A stretch of 62,531 nucleotides of DNA, filler included, from Klebsormidium nitens (taxonomy: Eukaryota; Plantae; Klebsormidiophyceae): NCBI GenBank assembly GCA_000708835.1. It is 5 parts of 5 records of this genome, joined end to end, with 100 filler letters (N's around TTAATTAATTAA, not from the genome) between each part and the next. Parts side by side here need not be neighbours in the genome. Positions count along the whole stretch, not along the records: positions 36,556 to 60,052 come from DF237891.1; positions 60,153 to 62,531 come from DF238700.1; 3 more parts are not named here. One strand, written 5' to 3'. Within the stretch, counting starts at the first letter, position 1, and every line of letters starts with the position of its first letter. Below are positions 58,620 through 62,531 of this stretch, piece after piece. The notes under the pieces were generated by a model. That model ran no database searches. It was not told the DNA's origin and was given only the letters and a program-made list of their open reading frames with translations. Position numbers and translations under genes: made by a program.

Positions 58620-59849
58620 CTAAAATGTGTGTACTAACACGCTGTGGTTACCTGCCTGTGTATCTTGCATTGCTCCGTCCAAGTACTGACGGGCTACAGG
58701 GGGGATGTGTCTTTGCTCCATCCTCTCTGCAATCTCCCGCTCCTCCTGCATTGTCAAGAGTCTACCCTTCAAAGCTTCCTGTTGGTCGCACATCTTGGCA
58801 CATGCCTCGGTCTTGCGCCTGAGGCACTCGAGCGCAAAATGCCTTTGATCCTCGCGCGCTCTGATGGCAGCTTGCTGCCCTTCCCTTGCAGCCTGTATTT
58901 TCTCCACCTCCAACTGCTGCCTTCTATTCTCTACTTCTGCATGCAACTTCAGCGTCGCCGCGTTCTCCGTGCTCAACTTAGAACAAATGTCCATTGCTAC
59001 ATCTACACTGTCAGCAACACCGTGCTGCTTAGGTGAAAACCGCTTGCCTGCAGGAGCCTCATTGTCTTTCTTTTGGGCCCCGCGCTTCTTCCCAGCATGT
59101 TTCTTCTCCGGCTGGTTTGAATAAACTAGCACTTTCTGTGGCCCAGCGTCTGTCTGCTCGTAGACTGACAATGTGCTCCCCGCTGACTGCCATACTGTAC
59201 TCCTCAAGAGAGACTCAATGAAGGCCACAATTGCGCCCAGCTCTTCGAAAACCAGGCGCTCACCACTGGGAGGATTTTGGAGCTCGCACAGCATGCTGAT
59301 GTGCCCCTCGTAAGTCAAAGCAGACCCCCCCGCATCCTCAATCCGCTGGAATGCGTTCTGGAACATGGTGGCCAGCTCCGTTGAGTCTTGACCATTCTGA
59401 CCTCTAGACTGGGCAGTATACTTGAGAGACCCATTTGATCGCAAGAATAAGCTGACGCCTCTGTGACACAGCAGTGGTCCAGTGGAGTAATTTGGGGTCC
59501 TCAAGGTCAGGTTTGCTGATTCTAGTAACTCCTTGAAACAAGGATTTGTGACCTTGGAGCTGGATACAACAGTCGAGCATTTGCGCAATGCCTCCCAGGA
59601 TGGTCGGCACAAGAAGAATCGCCCATCCCGCCTTCCTTTTCTGCTTTCAAGGTAATCAGGCATGGCTGCCTTGATTGCTTCATCACTTCCGGCTGGTGGT
59701 GTTTGCCCCGCCATCACAAAGCTCTCTAGCGAAGAGAGTGGCTTCGTCAAACTTTGGAATGTACTCTTGGAGAAAGCTCCTTGTTTTGTTAAAACTCCCC
59801 GGATTTGGTGCAAACGACAATACGCCAGGTATTGACTTAGATCATACAT
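58620..59849 (-). CDS. Hypothetical protein (409 aa) with a basic NLS-like patch and a C-terminal coiled coil
   Basis: Long uninterrupted ORF; KKHAGKKRGAQKK; E/Q/R-rich heptads; no family recognised. Confidence 0.6.
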   Translation of the reverse strand: MYDLSQYLAYCRLHQIRGVLTKQGAFSKSTFQSLTKPLSSLESFVMAGQTPPAGSDEAIKAAMPDYLESRKGRRDGRFFLCRPSWEALRKCSTVVSSSKVTNPCFKELLESANLTLRTPNYSTGPLLCHRGVSLFLRSNGSLKYTAQSRGQNGQDSTELATMFQNAFQRIEDAGGSALTYEGHISMLCELQNPPSGERLVFEELGAIVAFIESLLRSTVWQSAGSTLSVYEQTDAGPQKVLVYSNQPEKKHAGKKRGAQKKDNEAPAGKRFSPKQHGVADSVDVAMDICSKLSTENAATLKLHAEVENRRQQLEVEKIQAAREGQQAAIRAREDQRHFALECLRRKTEACAKMCDQQEALKGRLLTMQEEREIAERMEQRHIPPVARQYLDGAMQDTQAGNHSVLVHTF

Positions 59850-59893
59850 TCTTAAAAGTGCTGCCAATTGGAAATATTACCAGAGAACATCTT

Positions 59894-60039
59894 TTTGGCG
59901 CAAATTTGGGGACAATGATGTACGTGGAGCTCACCTTTTCTCGTCCAACTTTTTTTGGCGCAAATTTGGACGAAGTGTGTGTTGACGCAAAAAAAGAATT
60001 AATCCACAAAATATGGTCATCGCTGCCCAAGTTTGGCGC
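59894..60039. promoter_or_regulatory. Three E2F-consensus sites (TTTGGCGC) upstream of the 58620-59849 ORF
   Basis: Exact TTTGGCGC at 59894, 59954 and 60032; the first two lie within an identical TTTTTGGCGCAAATTTGG. Confidence 0.5.
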
Positions 60040-60765
60040 CTGGACACGTGTANNNNNNNNNNNNNNNNNNNNNNNNNNNNNNNNNNNNNNNNNNNNTTAA
60101 TTAATTAANNNNNNNNNNNNNNNNNNNNNNNNNNNNNNNNNNNNNNNNNNNNCTGCATACGCGCAATCCCGGAGTCGCGTCGCGCGTGCGGTTATCCGAC
60201 CTTATCTCAAAAGTACGCACACTCGGTACGTACCCGATTTGGTACTCGCGACAGCCGGGCACTAAAGTGCACGCCGGGTCGACGTGGCTCAATTGCGGTC
60301 ACGGGCGATGAATAACCGGGCGCGATCTTCATGCAATGGACATGCAAACGGTGGCTCATGGCCACATGCAATTCCTCTGGGAAACCCTAACGGCGTGATG
60401 GGTGGAAACCCTATATGCACGAATGGCGAAAAGCCTTACTAACTAGCATGAGGCACAACTAGCACGTGCATCCGAGCCGTCACGGCAACGAGGCCACACA
60501 GCGTGACAATGACGGTAAAGTCGAATTGGATGATGGTGCCGCTTTGCAGGGCTCATCAAAATTGCCTTAAGTATCAGTGCATATAATGCAACGCCTTGAC
60601 TTCCATCCGGTGCTTTGATTTCCAGAAAAGAACCCAGAGCATGAGATAGCCGGCCACGAATGCCAATCACTCTTGCCAATCATGATTTCGAAGGAACGGA
60701 AGCTTGATTTTTGAGATGCTTGACGGATCGCGGAGAAGCCTGGGCCTGATCGATTTGGCCGGCCC

Positions 60766-62470
60766 TTGCAGGCAAGAGATGATAGGGAGCTCAGTGTAGA
60801 GACGGGCATCAAGAGCCAGGCTTTGCGTTACCTGGGTTTGATTGGCGAAGGGGTCTGCCGGGTGTTTGTGCCGGCTGAAAGCGCATGCCCGCCGTTGAGG
60901 CTGTACATGACAGGTTGGGATCACAATGGGCGCGGCAAACCAAGACCTCTTGGAAAGCCGGACAAGGTGTTTGCGCTGGCAGAGACGGTGTGGTGGAACA
61001 TGGTTGGCGAGCTAAGCTGCACGTGCGACCGGGGAAGACTGACGCATAATGCGCCATGTGTTCACAAGTTTGCAATGGCCGCACTCAGCGAGAGCTGGAT
61101 CCAGGGGGCGGAGCTGCCAACACGGCAGATGCTGGGGCAGGGAGTGAGGGTGGAGCAACTTGCGTCGGACGAGAAGGGGAGCTACTTTGCCGTGCTTGAC
61201 AACCCCCATAGTGTCTCACGACGGATGGTGTTTCAGAGCAAGAGTGGGGCCTGGTATTGCCAAGGAAAGCGAGATGGATGCCCGTCGTTGACGGAATGTT
61301 CTCATATAGGCGCGGCAAAGGCTGGTCCTAGTAACGGGATACATCCCGTTACGGAAGAGCTGGTTCTTGGGTCAGGGCCGCTTGCAAGGGCTGCCGCAAG
61401 TTGGTTGGAATTATCGAACGGCACGCTGCCTCTGATTGGGGTCTGCGGTGGAGGCGACTCGAGCAGACGGGCTGGAAGCATGCAATGGGGAGCAAGGGGA
61501 AGAAGCGCTCACGGAGGAGCAGCGCTATCTCTTGGGTCTTCTGGCAAGACAGCCACACACGGCGGCAGCCTGTGTCGGAAGCTCGTGCTTCTGTCGCAAG
61601 CATGCCTCCCTCTTTGATGAAGCGCGGCCGCCGTCGGAGGCAAGGGAGGTGGTAGCTGCGGCAAGCGAGGGGGCAACAAGTGGCGTCACCATGAAGCAAC
61701 CTGCTCGCAAGCGAGTACGCAGATCGAAGGCGTTCTGGAAGGAGGAAGCAAAGGCGCCAATGCGCAGCCGCCCCTCAGAGTCGCCCAAACCTTCCCCAGA
61801 TGCTCGGGGGAAGGATGCGATCCACGGCTGGGTGACTACATGCTCGAGCTGTACGCTGGAGTCGGTAGCATTCAGGGGGGGGTGTAACCATGGGGAGGAG
61901 GAGCGCATTATGTCTCCCGTGATGCTGATTGGCACCGAAGCGGTCCAGTTGACGAAACCAAAGCTTGCAAGGCTCAGTGATGCGCCGAACTTCCATGACC
62001 CATGGGTCACTATCCTCCGAGGGGGGCCGGTTCGGGTCAGCAGGCTGAGGGACTGTCATTTTGCGGAGCTGTCGGATCTGGGCATGCTGAGCGCGCCATG
62101 CCCACTCGAGCCCCCTCCCTGCGGCGGATCCTGGGTTGAAGATTGGGTGGAAGCCTCAGTGACCGCTTCGCAATGGAGCCAGCGGGTTCGAGTGCGCCTC
62201 TATCATTGTACTTGCCTCGACCAGGCGCACACCATCCATCTCGACGGAGAGGCTCTTGGCCTCTACACGTGGAACCGGAAGACCCTCTTTGTTCAAGAGA
62301 GCCTGCAGCTGCTTCTGCGTGGCATGCAGCACGGGCACTCGTTCAAGGCGGAGTTGGCCACCAATCAGGCGGCGTTTCAGCGGTGCCCGGAGGCGGAGGT
62401 CTTGAGCGAAGAGACGTGGCGCCGCGCGAGTTTGGACTTCTTCAAATTGCTCGGTTTGGGCATCCGATGA
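60766..62470 (+). mobile_element. 5' portion of a KDZ/Zisupton-type transposon ORF: two SWIM fingers plus a CxC4-like cysteine cluster; frameshift in the G-run near 61440
   Basis: CTC...CVH and YC....GC....CSH (SWIM); CPLEPPPCGGSW...LYHCTC...IHLDGEALGLYTWNRKTLFVQESL...TWRRASLDFFKL (CxC4-like). The catalytic KDZ domain is not in the window. Confidence 0.65.
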
Positions 62471-62531
62471 AGCGGCGCTGAACAGAATCGACTCGGGGTG
62501 AGAGAGATACGAGCTGGAGAGACGATATACG

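Overview
Eukaryotic genomic scaffold with N gaps and TTAATTAATTAA assembly linkers. Gene content and spliced gene style suggest a streptophyte green alga, probably Klebsormidium (inference, not verified). The window has four zones. (1) ~0.5-27.5 kb holds intron-rich host genes: the 3' half of an A1 aspartic protease with a Thr/Pro-rich and Cys-rich tail, RPS10, COG8 (two GC-AG introns) and a clade-3-type catalase ending in -ANL, plus a truncated Ty3/Gypsy integrase carrying a PHD finger. (2) ~27.8-36.5 kb is a nested transposon stack: two Copia relics, two solo LTRs with TSDs, a CACTA-like MITE, a Penelope relic and a perfect foldback element. (3) ~37-60 kb is an intronless, gene-dense, partly decayed block of giant-virus-like genes: SEL1 repeats, EsV-1-7-repeat nuclease, MSV199/T5orf172-like protein, two methyltransferases, SET domain, ubiquitin, a giant J-domain repeat protein and secreted Pro-rich proteins. 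This zone is interpreted as an endogenous viral element, although no hallmark gene lies in the window. (4) >60.7 kb is the 5' part of a KDZ/Zisupton-type transposon. The most interesting observation is an intact natural zinc-finger nuclease (8 C2H2 fingers plus a PD-(D/E)xK/Vsr-like nuclease). It shares its nuclease with a second gene that uses a different DNA-binding repeat array, and it occupies only one copy of a local duplication. All family assignments come from motif recognition by eye; no searches were run.
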